Shown piece after piece: positions 53,593 through 64,000 of a DNA stretch of 64,000 nt. The position numbers and the translations under genes were made by a program. This DNA comes from Rhina ancylostomus. Taxonomy: Eukaryota. Location: contig JARFYF010000094.1 of NCBI GenBank assembly GCA_030265395.1, positions 65,871,653 through 65,935,652 on the forward strand. Reading direction: 5' to 3'. The notes beneath the pieces were generated by a model, which was not told the origin of the DNA, ran no database searches, and was given only the letters and a program-made list of their open reading frames with translations. Position 1 is the stretch's first letter. Every line of letters begins with the position of its first letter.

Positions 53593-55173
53593 GTGGACCC
53601 CACTTCAGAAAAGAACAGAGATGAGAGACTTCACCAAGAATTTCTGTGTCATTAACCTGTGAATTGAAGGAAAAGATATGTGCAGGTGAATCACATTACA
53701 CCAAGTATGAAATTATGCCCATTGGCCCACCGAGTCTGCATTAACCATCAAGCACCCATTTACATTAATTCTGTTTTATTTTCCCACATTCCCATCTCAA
53801 CCATCAGATTTTAATACTTGCCTACACACTAAAAGCAATTTTCAGTGATCAATTAACTCACCAACTCACACATCTTTGGGATGTGGATGGAAACTGAAGC
53901 ACCCAGAGGAAGAACATGCAAACTCCACACAGACAGTGCCAGAATTCAGAATTGAACCCGGGTCATTGGAACTGTGAGCCAGCAGCTCTAGGGGGCTATG
54001 CCACAGGGTCAACCTATTGTACTCAATCAGGATTTCACTGGACAGGGGACATTATAGTTGCAAACTATTGCAGAATAATGGGTGGATGCCCATGTAAAAG
54101 TTATTCAATGTTTTATCTCCAGCTTTCTTTACTTCCTATGTAGTATCCATCTGTCAGCTTTCTAATTGACTTTGACATGTGCTTTCACAGGGGAGGTGCT
54201 ACTGTATAAATAAGTTATTTTAGTCTCTGCTCAGTAAAGCAGTTGAATCACCTTCAGCTCCTATCCAAAAGATTGATTTAAGAGTTTGACAGCTGGGGAA
54301 AGTTTATGCCTGTGGAATAGATTAGTTTGCAAACTTTTGTTAGAGGTATTGAAGCTTAAAGCAATCAATCACTGAGCTCAATATGAACAAGGAATTTGGT
54401 GATACCAAGCCCAAGAGGTGTGGTGGTTACTAGTTGCTGAGCTAAGAAAGAATCTTACAAGTACATTATCAGAAATCAGTGGAATGAGGGAAATGTTTAC
54501 AGAATATGAGATAGATCCCACCACTCCCTAAGAGATATGAGAAAAGGAAGAAGCATACCAGGTCAGATGTGTACCCTCTATATATTGATCATCCTTTTAT
54601 AACCACACACCAATCAGATTTCTACCTGAGAGCATAATAAAATAGGGAGCATGGGCAGGATAAGTTACGGATCTTTTAATCATTGATCTATAAAACCTAA
54701 CTTGAGCAGGATTTCTTGCTGAACTATCCACAGCTTGCACATTAAGATGCCATACTGGACCTGAACTTTAAAATATTATATTTTTGTTGATTGCTGAGGG
54801 AAAATAATATCTTCATTATTTTGAGTTGAAGTGACCTTCAAAGACAAAAAAAATTGGCTGATAATTAAAACCTGTAGAGCGGTGTTTTTTTGTATTGGAT
54901 AACTTTCTACCTGGACAATATTAATTTGAGAAACATTTTTTTAATTTGTCTTCTTTCAATTAAACTGAATATCTCAAATGTTAATTGAGTGAATGGGTGC
55001 TTGATGGTTAATGCAGACTTGGTGGACCAGTAGGCCTAATTTCATACTGTATGACTATGACTTGGTGTAATGTGATTCACCTGCACATATCTTTTCCTTC
55101 AATTCACAGGTTAATGACACAGAAATCCTTGGTGATGTCTCTCATCTCTGTTCTTTTCTGAAGTGGGATCCAC
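53593..55173. repeat. Inverted duplication: arms ~53593-53760 and ~54992-55173
   Basis: 53593-53706 is the reverse complement of 55060-55173 with 3 mismatches in 114 bp; weaker similarity continues about 55 bp inward. Confidence 0.95.
53705..54005 (-). mobile_element. V-SINE with CR1-like tail
   Basis: catctttgggatgtggatggaaactgaagcacccagagg...aaactccacacagacag...attgaacccgggtc. Confidence 0.8.
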
Positions 55174-55278
55174 ACCCTNNNNNNNNNNNNNNNNNNNNNN
55201 NNNNNNNNNNNNNNNNNNNNNNNNNNNNNNNNNNNNNNNNNNNNNNNNNNNNNNNNNNNNNNNNNNNNNNNNNNNNNN

Positions 55279-55650
55279 CACAACAATTACAAGGAAAACA
55301 TAAATTATGCAAAGATCATACAAGAAAGAACGCAATTAGAACAAAAAAACCCAAAGTCCATTGTAGTGCAAAGTCGTCAAAGTAGTCACTTTGTTACTAT
55401 TCTGAGGCAGTGATTAGGGTTGTGCAGAACTGAATGGTTGAAGGGAAGGAGCTGTTCCTGAACCTGGTGGTGTGGGACTACAGGTATCTCCCGCCCAATG
55501 GTAGCTACCAGAAGATGGCATGGCCCAGATGGTCGGGATCTTTTATGATAGATGCTGCCTTCTTGAGAATGCCTCATGTAGATACTACTGATGGTAGGAT
55601 AGATACTACTGATGTAGATACACTGGTAGATATGCTAGTGATGTGCTGAG
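55279..55650 (-). mobile_element. Rex1/Babar 3' fragment
   Basis: gaagggaaggagctgttcctgaacctggtgg and gatgctgccttcttgag are reverse complements of motifs in 19080-19230. Confidence 0.8.
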
Positions 55651-56499
55651 GAGCATTAGTGAACCAAATGGGTTTTTACAATAATCCAGTAGTTTCATGG
55701 TAACATACAGAGACCAGCATTTCTTTAAAAAGAAAACTTCCATATATATTTCATTAGTTGAATTTAAATTCCCCAGTTGCCATGGTAGGATTCAGATTCA
55801 TGTTTTGGCTTAATGGTTCAGAACTCTGGCTGCTTTTTGTAAACATAAAAAAGACTTGTAAGTAGAGCTTCCTCCTGGATCAAAGATTTCTGAGATTTAC
55901 ACTCATAAAATAATCCGGAAAGTATCCTTTCAAGGGCCGCCTCTTCAGTTGTGCAGCTGCTGTTGTTGACTCACATCAGCTATTTACCAGAGTAAAAGCA
56001 CTGTCAGTGCCAGTGGAAGTCATAATGGCTTTAAGCCTCTACAATATTCACTTGTGTAAGAGCTTTAATACATGACTTTTGTGCATGAAACCTACTAACA
56101 GTTCATACTGTACAATAATTGCTTTGTTTGTGCACCTATCATCCACATCCATGGTGATTTGCTTGTTGACAGTTGGGACTGACTACATCCCTTAGATCAT
56201 TCCAGCATATTGAATTTTTCTTCAAAGACAATTGCACCCATTATGGAAGAGATTGGCCACAGATGGTGGACCACATAACCCCTTCTTTTACCTCCTGCCA
56301 GCAGAAGCAAATTTGGATGGGAAAACAGAGGATAGCTTACTAAAGTTTTATTATGACGCTCTGCTTTTATGCTTTGAGACACATGGCACTTTCTGCCAAG
56401 AAACTAAATATGAGAGTTCAGCCCCCAGTGAAAGTAATATGAAACATGAAGTCTTGCCTCAGAAGTCTGTTCACTCCTCTTTACATATTTCCTTATGAT

Positions 56500-56995
56500 G
56501 TAGAAGGAGGCCATTCTGCCCATCGAGCCTATGCCAGCACACAGAGCAATCACATTCCCTCCGTAGAGGCAGGTACAATGACAATGTTTAAAAGACATTT
56601 AGACAGGAACATGGATAGAAAGAGTTTAAAGGGAAATGGGTGAAACATGGACAAATGGGACTAGCTCAGGTATAGATCTTGGTTGGCATGGACGAGTTGA
56701 GCCGAAGGGCCTGTTTCTGTGTTGTACAACTCTATGACTCTAATTCCCTGTAACCTATTCTCCCCATATTCCCATCAATTTTACCACTCACCTATACCAG
56801 GGGACATTTACAGCGGCCAATCAATATGCCAACCTGCACATCTTTGAGATGTAGGAGGAATCTGGAGTACACTGGGAAGCCTACATGGCCAATGATAAAT
56901 GTGTAAACTCCACTCAGACAACACTGAGATCATGATTGCACCCTGCTTGCTGGAGATGTGAGGCAGCAGCTTTACTAGTTACGCCATGATGCAGC
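56500..56995. mobile_element. Minus-strand V-SINE containing a + strand CR1 3' tail (56560-56740)
   Basis: The SINE tail at 56500-56555 continues at 56742; the insert reads gtttaaaagacatttagacagg...gggcctgtttctgtgttgtacaactctatgactct. Confidence 0.7.
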
Positions 56996-58299
56996 CGTTT
57001 CTTAAGCTCCTCGAGATACAACTAATTTAGAAGAACCCGAGAAGGAAGATGAAATGTGAAGCCACACTGCTTGTGGATGGGAGCTCTTTATCATGCTAAT
57101 GTGCAAGAGACAATTGATCACCATCATCCTTAAGGCCCACACTAGCTATTTGGCAAAACTCCCAAACTCATTCAAACTGTTTCTGAGGCAATCAGAATAA
57201 ACCAATTGCTTGTGCAAAGAGGAATATTACAGATCATAGTGTGGTGAAGACAAATTATTATCAAGGACATGAATTATAATATTCTCCATCACAGGAAATC
57301 TACTGCTGTACTGGATATATGTAATATGAAAATCCAAATGTGGTAATTTTCCTAGAGACCAATTAAAGTAATCCAAAGTCTCACCATTTGTTATTACACC
57401 AATTTTCTTGCTGTACCTAACTTTCTCAAGGTATTCTGGAGCATAAAATTACAAAAAGTGAGTCAGAAGCTATTCAGCTTCTCCCTTTAAGATTGAACCA
57501 AACAAACTTTTCACCAATACCTGGCTTTAAATCTGTGGGTGAGTTCTGTGAAAGAAACTGTAGTGAGGATATTAAGGTTGTGATGTAGTGTGGAGGTTGT
57601 TGGTGGAAGCCTGATCATATAGGGGCGTGGGTGGAAGGGCTTTTCATCTTTATTTTGAAGATTATCATGGGGTTTCCAACTGTTGCAAAGGTGTGAATGG
57701 TACTGTGTGCAACTGGGGAGAAGCAGATGATGGCCTTCTTGCTCCTTGCCTATAAGTGGTAGTGGAAAGGCATCTATTTCATGGACTCAATTATTCTCAC
57801 CTGCTCTAGGCTGCTGAATTTCACTACAAAACTCAGTCACTGTGGGTTAAAATGCAGACACACAGCATAATTAAACAATCAACCTACTTCCCATGAGTGA
57901 GTTGGCTGAACTCTCTTCATTCTGCCTCTCTTAGCACCAGAAGTAGGTGGGTTTGGTACTTTTGTTTCAGTACTTTTTGAGAATTTATTCTCTGATATTG
58001 TCCCAACATCTTTATCATTTGGATTAAATTGACCTTGGCAGCCGATATCACAGTTCTCAATTTTGTTCCCTTTTTTAATTTCAGTTCCAAAATTTTCAAC
58101 AGCATAATTAAAAACAAACTGTAAAAAGAACCATAATCAGAAATGTGAGTTTATTTACTTAGCAACAAAACTTTTAACCTCGGGTTAATTTAGATAAGTG
58201 CCACCACGTGGCTGAATTTAACTATTCTGAGGTCATGACATGCTCCTCCTCTGGTGATCAGCAAGAAGAGCAGTCCATAATTGACATCAGAAACATAAA

Positions 58300-59372
58300 A
58301 GTGAAAAAAAAACTGCAGATGCTCGAAACCTGAAATAAAAAAAAATAGAAAATGCTGGACTCAGCAGGTCAGGCAGCATCTATGGAAAGAGAAACCAAAT
58401 TAATATTTCCAAGTCAAGGCCCAGTAGTCAGAACTGGGAGAAANNNNNNNNNNNNNNNNNNNNNNNNNNNNNNNNNNNNNNNNNNNNNNNNNNNNNNNNN
58501 NNNNNNNNNNNNNNNNNNNNNNNNNNNNNNNNNNNNNNNNNNNAAACAAATTAATTTTAACTAGCAGAGAAGGTGGGGAAGGGATAGAAAGAACAAATGT
58601 AATATATCTGATAGGTTGAGACCAAGGTTGGATTATAGAGATTATCTAGGACAGTTAGAAATAAAGAAAATTAGCAAAAGCTATAAAATGAGGCAGTTGG
58701 GGGTGAGAATACAAACAAGAGAATCTAAGAGTTACAAAATGCAAAGATGTAGGACATGCCCAGCAGGACAGGCTGTGCAAATGAAGAGAGTACAACAGAT
58801 GGAAGGCTCACAGGAGAAAGTGTTATTTCTGATACAGGGAAAACAAGTTACCTGAAGGTGTAGAATTCAATAATGAGTCCAGAAGGTTGCAAAATGCCCA
58901 AATGGAAGATGAAATTTAGTTTCTCAAGCTTGCATTAGGTCTAGCTATAACAGTGGCAGGAGACCACAGATAGATAGGTCAGAGTGAGAGCAGAAAGAGG
59001 ATTAAAGTGGCAGGCAACTGGAAGCTCTGAGTCATCTTTGCAGACTGAATGCAGGTATTCTGCAAAGTGAACCCAATTTGTATTTGGTTTCTCCAATGTA
59101 GAAGGGATCACATTGTGAACACCAAATGCAATGCACTACCTCTAGAGGAAAGGAAGTGAACTAGTGCTTCATTTGGAAGGATTGTTTGGGTCCTTCAATG
59201 GTGAGATGGGAAGGACAGATGTTGCCTCTTCTGTTTTTGCATGGGAAGGTGCCGTAAGAAGGGAAGTGGTTGGTGGGGATGAAGAGTGGACCAGGGAGCG
59301 TTGGAGGAAACAGTCTCTTTGAAATGCTGAAAGGAGAGGGGAGTGAAGGAGAAGAAGTGATAGTGGTGGAGT
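58300..59372 (-). mobile_element. Older Penelope-like element, 3' half (Cys linker, GIY-YIG, terminal repeat)
   Basis: Minus ORF reads GTFPCKNRRGNICP...EGPKQSFQMK, then a C..C..LYIGET-like segment; terminus aaatgctggactcagcaggtcaggcagcatc. Confidence 0.8.
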
Positions 59373-59433
59373 AATACACAAAATGTACTGGAGGAACTCA
59401 GCAGGTCAGGCAGCATCCATGGAGGGAAATAAG

Positions 59434-59471
59434 CAGTCGACGTTTCGGGCTGAGACCCCTCATCAGGACTG
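59434..59471 (-). ncRNA. Minimal type I hammerhead ribozyme motif in the Penelope terminal repeat
   Basis: Minus strand CAGTC-CTGATGA-G-GGGT(CTCA)GCCC-GAAACGTC-GACTG: stem I CAGUC/GACUG, intact core, 4-bp stem II, palindromic ACGU stem III, GUC cleavage triplet. Confidence 0.85.
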
Positions 59472-60648
59472 GAAAGGAGGAGGGCAGAAGTCAGTATAAA
59501 AAGGTGGGGGGGAGGGGCACATGCAGGCAGGTGATAGGTGAGTTCAGGTGACAGGAGGATGGTAGGTGGGTGGAGAGGGGGAGAAGACGTAATAAGCTGA
59601 GGTAGAAGAGGCAAAGGGCTGAAGAAGGAGGAGTCTGGTAGGAGAGGGCAGCGGACCATGGAATAAAGGATGGAGGAGGGGAGAGGAGATGGGCAGGTCA
59701 TCAGTGTGGAGGAAGGGAGCCACAGGAATAAGAGAAGACAAAGGCATGCTGGGGGTGAGGAGAAAAAGAAGGGGTGGGGTTTACCGGAAGTTTAACAAAA
59801 ATCAATGTTGAAGCCTGCAGAAAAATTGTAAAGATTCGGGAAAGACAAATACACTTAAAAATTTCCTGGTTTCTCCTCCAAAAGTTCAACCGCTCCTTTT
59901 TTTTAGAGCATCCTTGCAAATATTGGGCCAAATTTTCTTAATGGCAGAAGGGATATAAACACCGGTGAATAGAGTTCTTTGTAAATTGTGAAAAAAATTT
60001 TAATTTTTGGTGCATATTGGGTGATCAGCAAACAGCATCCCTCTGCTGCCTGTCCATTGTAACCATTGGTCTGGGCTCCTTTTCCATCCAGCCTTAGAGC
60101 TGTGGNNNNNNNNNNNNNNNNNNNNNNNNNNNNNNNNNNNNNNNNNNNNNNNNNNNNNNNNNNNNNNNNNNNNNNNNNNNNNNNNNNNNNNNNNNNNNNN
60201 NNNNNGGAATAAAGGATGAGGAAGGGGAGGAGAGGAGATGGGTAGGTCATCAAGGGGGGGGAAGGGAGGTATAGGAATAAGAGAAGGCAAAGGAGTGGGG
60301 GCGTGGAAGATAAAGAAGGGGTGGAGTTACTGGAAGTTAGAGAAATCAATGTAGAGGCCATCAGGTTGGAGACTACCAAGGCGAAATATGAGGTGTTGTT
60401 CCTCCAACCTGCATCTGGCCTCAATGTGGCAGTAGAAGGGGCCATGGACAGACATGTCATTATGCGAGTGGGATGTGGAATTGAAGAGGCTGGCCACCGG
60501 GAGGTCCCGGCTGTTGCAGCAGATGGAGCAAAGGTGCTCAATGAAGCTGTCACCAATCTGCATCAGGTCTCACCGATGTAGAGGAGGCTGTATCGAGAGC
60601 ACTGGATGCAATAAATGACACCCTCAGACTCACAGGTGAAGTGCTGCC

Positions 60649-61548
60649 TCACCTGCAACGATTGTCTGGGACCGTGAATAGTGGTGAGGGAGGAGGTGTA
60701 AGGACAGGTGCAGCATTTGGTGCAGTTGCAGGCATAAGTGCCGGAGGGTTATCAGTGGGGAGGGATGAGTGGACAAGGGAGTTGTGGAGAGAGTTGTCCC
60801 TATGGAAATTGGAGAGAGGAGGTGAGGGAAAATTGTGCCAGGTGGAAGGATCCCATTGGAGGTGGCAGAATTTGCAGAGAATGATGTGTTGAATACGGAG
60901 GCTCATGGGGTGGTAGGTGAGGACAACCCTGTCCCTGTTATGTTGGGGGTGTGGAGGGGGTGAGGGCAGATGTGTGGGAAGTGGAGGAGATACGGGTAAG
61001 GACAGCATTGATGGTGACGAAAGGGAAACCTTGGCATCTGATGTCCGAGAATGGAAAGCCTCATCATGGGAACAGATGCGGCGGAGGCAGAAGAACTGGG
61101 AGAAGGGGATGGCGTCCTTACAAGAGACAGTGTGGAAAGAGGTGTAGTCAAGGTAACTGTGGGAGTCAGTGGGTTTGTAGAAGATGTCAGTGGTTAATCT
61201 GTCTCCAGAGATGGAGACCAAGAGATCCAGAAAGGGGAGAGAGGTGTCAGAGATGGGCCAAGCGAATCTGAGGGCAGCATGGATGTTGGAGGCAAAGTTG
61301 ATGAAATTGATGAGCTCAGCACGGGTGCAGGAAGCAGCCCCAATGCAGTCATCAATGTAGCGGAGTAATTGCTGGGGGGCATCACCGGTGTAGGCTTGAA
61401 ACATGGACCGTTCTATGTAGCTGACAAAGAAGCAGGCATAGCTGGGGCCCACGTGAGTACCCATGGCTACACCTTTAGTTTGGAGAAAGTGGGAGGAGCC
61501 AAAAGAAAAGTTGTTAAGGGTGAGTACCAGTTCTGCCAGACAGAGCAA
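60649..61548 (-). pseudogene. Penelope-like reverse transcriptase ORF remnant (not a host gene)
   Basis: 299-aa ORF with the GVAMG and RYIDD RT motifs; the frame shifts after HSRTS. Confidence 0.9.
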
Positions 61549-61726
61549 GGTGGTGGTGGAGGGGAACTGGTTGGGTCTGTTATCGAGAAAGAAACAGAGA
61601 GCCTTAAGGCCTTCCTAATGGGGGATGGAAGAGTACAGAGACTTGATGTCCATGGTGAAAATGAGGCAGTAAGGGCCTGGGAACTGGAAGTTTGCCAGAC
61701 AGAGGAGGGTGTCTCCATTTTGTGCC

Positions 61727-61905
61727 TAGTGATGGAGTCGTGTTGGAGCTGGCTGAAATTGTGAAGGATGATCTGTTAAATGCAAAGGCTTGTGAGGTGA
61801 AATGTTAGGACCAGGTGAACTCTGTCCTTCTCTATCCAGGAGGAGAATGGTGAGAGTAGAGGTGATGGATACAGATGAGATATGGTCAAGGGCTTTGTTA
61901 ACTAT
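61727..61905 (-). mobile_element. Upstream continuation of the older Penelope copy
   Basis: Minus strand reads ALDHISS...; the sequence is collinear with that resuming at 59372. Confidence 0.65.
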
Positions 61906-62727
61906 GAGTAGCATACATCTTAAGTTTTGTTTATTCAACAAGGAGTAACTTTCATATGAGATTCTTGAATGTTATATTTATTATATAAATGAAGCAGAAT
62001 CTACAGAACTGATTCACACATAGAATGAACATAATATTATTTTACTTCTTTTTTTTTCTTTTTTGCAAGTACTAATTCTAATTGGGTTTCACATACATTG
62101 GCAATATAAAATGCTGACATCGCTGGCAAGACCAGGATTTAATGAAAGTCCCTAGTTGCCTTTGAGAGCACAGTGAACTGCTTTGTTGAACCATAACGTT
62201 CCTCTGACTGAAGGAATTCCATTACTGCTGTCAGGTGACTANNNNNNNNNNNNNNNNNNATGGTGACATCTTCACATCCTGTTGTCCTTGTGCTTCCAAC
62301 TTGTGGAGGTTACAAATGGTATAGTTGATGTTGAGCAAACCTCTGCAGTGCATTTTGCTAATGGTACACTCTGAGAAAATTCCATGCCAATGTAATCTTC
62401 AGATTGATTCAACGGACTGTTGATCTTATAAATATACCTTAGAAGTTCTGTGAGAAGATTATCACATTCCAATTTTCTGTTTATTCCTAGATGCCTGTTT
62501 GAGAAGTAACGATGACTACCAGCTGGCACTCGGGGAGAAAAGCTCATCCTCTTTATGCCTTTCCCGAGATAACCACTTCAGAGTGACTGATGAGAGTTAA
62601 AGGGTGTTAAGGTCTCAACCGGTATAATATTGCCTCAGCTAGCTATGAGAGCTGTGGGATTTTTTGACCTTTGCCAGGTCAAGAGCATAATGTACTTCCC
62701 CTAACTCTATCTTCCATGGGTCTTCAA

Positions 62728-63400
62728 TAAGATCATAAGATACAGGAGCAGAATTAGGCCATTTAGCCCATCGAGTCTTCTCTGCCACTCGATCATTGAT
62801 TTATTTTTCCCTCACAACTCCATTGTCCTGCCTTCTCCCTGTAGCCTTTGATGCCCTTACTAATTAAGAACTTATCANNNNNNNNNNNNNNNNNNNNNNN
62901 NNNNNNNNNNNNNNNNNNNNNNNNNNNNNNNNNNNNNNNNNNNNNNNNNNNNNNNNNNNNNNNNNNNNNNNNNNNNNTCCCTGTAGCCTTTGATGCCATT
63001 ACTAATTAAGAACTTATCAACCTCCGCTTTAAATATACCAAATGACTTGACCTCCACAGCTGTCTGTGGCAATGAATTCCACAGATTCACCACTCTCTTC
63101 ATCTCTGTTCTAAAGGGATATCCTTCATTCTAAGGCTGTGCCCTCTGGCCCTAGACTCTCCCACTACTGGAAACATTCTCTCTACATCCACTCTATCCAG
63201 GCCTTTCAATATTCGGTAGGTTTCAATGAGATCTCACCTCATCCTTTGAAACTCCAGTGAGTACAGGCCCAGAGCCATCAAGTGCTCCTCTTAATTTAAC
63301 CCTTTCATCCCCAGGATCATAATTGTAAACCTCCTCTGGACCCTCTCCAACGCCAGCACGTCCTTCCTTAGGTACGATGGCCCAAAACTGCTCGCAATAG
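62728..63400 (-). mobile_element. CR1 3' portion spanning a gap
   Basis: Minus ORFs YLRKDVLALERVQRRFT.MI.GMKGL and RVVNLWNSLPQ.AVE; tail ataagatcataagatacaggagcagaattaggcc. Confidence 0.9.
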
Positions 63401-64000
63401 CACAGTTGGGAATGAATCCTTTAAATCTTATTTGTGTCAGCACTGACCGTGTTGCTATACAGTGGCTAGAATAATACTTATCTCCCTGTGAAGAATTACA
63501 TTCTTCTGCTTCTTTGCACAATGCATTGAAGCACCACAGACGCCATCCTTATAAATTCCTCCAAGTTTAGACGATTCCATAAGTATGGTACATTTATCAA
63601 TTGNNNNNNNNNNNNNNNNNNTCTGTGCATGGAAGATCTGGTTTTATCTATTGAAATATAAAATCAGAGTATATTTGCAAGAGAATGTAACTCTAAGAGG
63701 ATTGGTTGTGTTTGCATTTCTCGGTTGTCTCCATGGAACTTCTGCTATGTTAATCTTATCTAATTGGGAAGAGCATTAAAACTGAGTTCAAACTTGTTCT
63801 CACTCTATCCAGAGGAATAGTTTTTGCAGGAAAATGTTATGAAACATCAAATGGGAGTGGAAGCCTGAGATAATTTCTCACACACACTTCCACCTCTAAC
63901 CCTGTATCAAATTGTCCCCTACATGTTGTCATAGCCGGGATTTGCTAACTTGTTACAGATCAGAGCTTGGTCTTCTGCTCTGTATAATTTAGAAGGACTT

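Larger units (their letters stand above)
59373..61726 (-). mobile_element. Penelope-like retroelement (Neptune-type), 5'-truncated, with duplicated 3' terminal region
   Basis: RT: LAELVLTLNNFSF, QTKGVAMGT, RYIDD, LPFLD, YKPTDSH.YL. Cys linker GTYACNCTKCCTC. Endonuclease GVIYCIQC...LLYIGET at ~60565-60625. Frameshifts and stops are present. Confidence 0.95.

Noticed and set aside
62835-63020. Direct duplication flanking the gap at 62878-62977 (also ccagact on both sides of the gap at 2038-2137)
   Set aside because: Most likely contig-end overlap, an assembly artefact.
1-64000. ORF-track ORFs as host protein-coding genes
   Set aside because: Those with recognisable motifs are CR1, RTE, Rex1 or Penelope remnants; the rest are short, often start at non-ATG codons, span N-gaps, or have no recognisable domain.

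Overview
AT-rich vertebrate genomic DNA with about 11 N-gaps. The repeat repertoire (CR1 LINEs, HE1/V-SINE-like and Deu-domain SINE-like fragments, Rex1/Babar, RTE, Neptune-type Penelope elements) points to a cartilaginous fish (shark or ray); that is an inference. I recognise no host protein-coding exon: the ORF-track ORFs are either decayed transposon frames or noise. The main host feature is a single CpG-island promoter at ~34.9-36.3 kb. It carries three co-oriented CTCF-like motifs, an octamer, a GC box and YY1-like motifs, plus a minus-strand splice donor. Together with the A-rich + strand to its left, this suggests an unidentified leftward transcript whose long first intron(s) fill 1-35 kb. 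To the right is a repeat-rich, apparently intergenic stretch with several enhancer-like blocks. The most notable mobile-element biology is (i) a Penelope-like element with RT and GIY-YIG remnants and an intact minimal hammerhead ribozyme in its terminal repeat, nested in an older Penelope copy; (ii) several short fold-back elements built from the same ribozyme-bearing terminus; (iii) a solo LTR with a 4-bp TSD; and (iv) a ~170-bp inverted duplication flanking a TALE/Hox-motif-rich block. Repeat boundaries are approximate and were read by eye.
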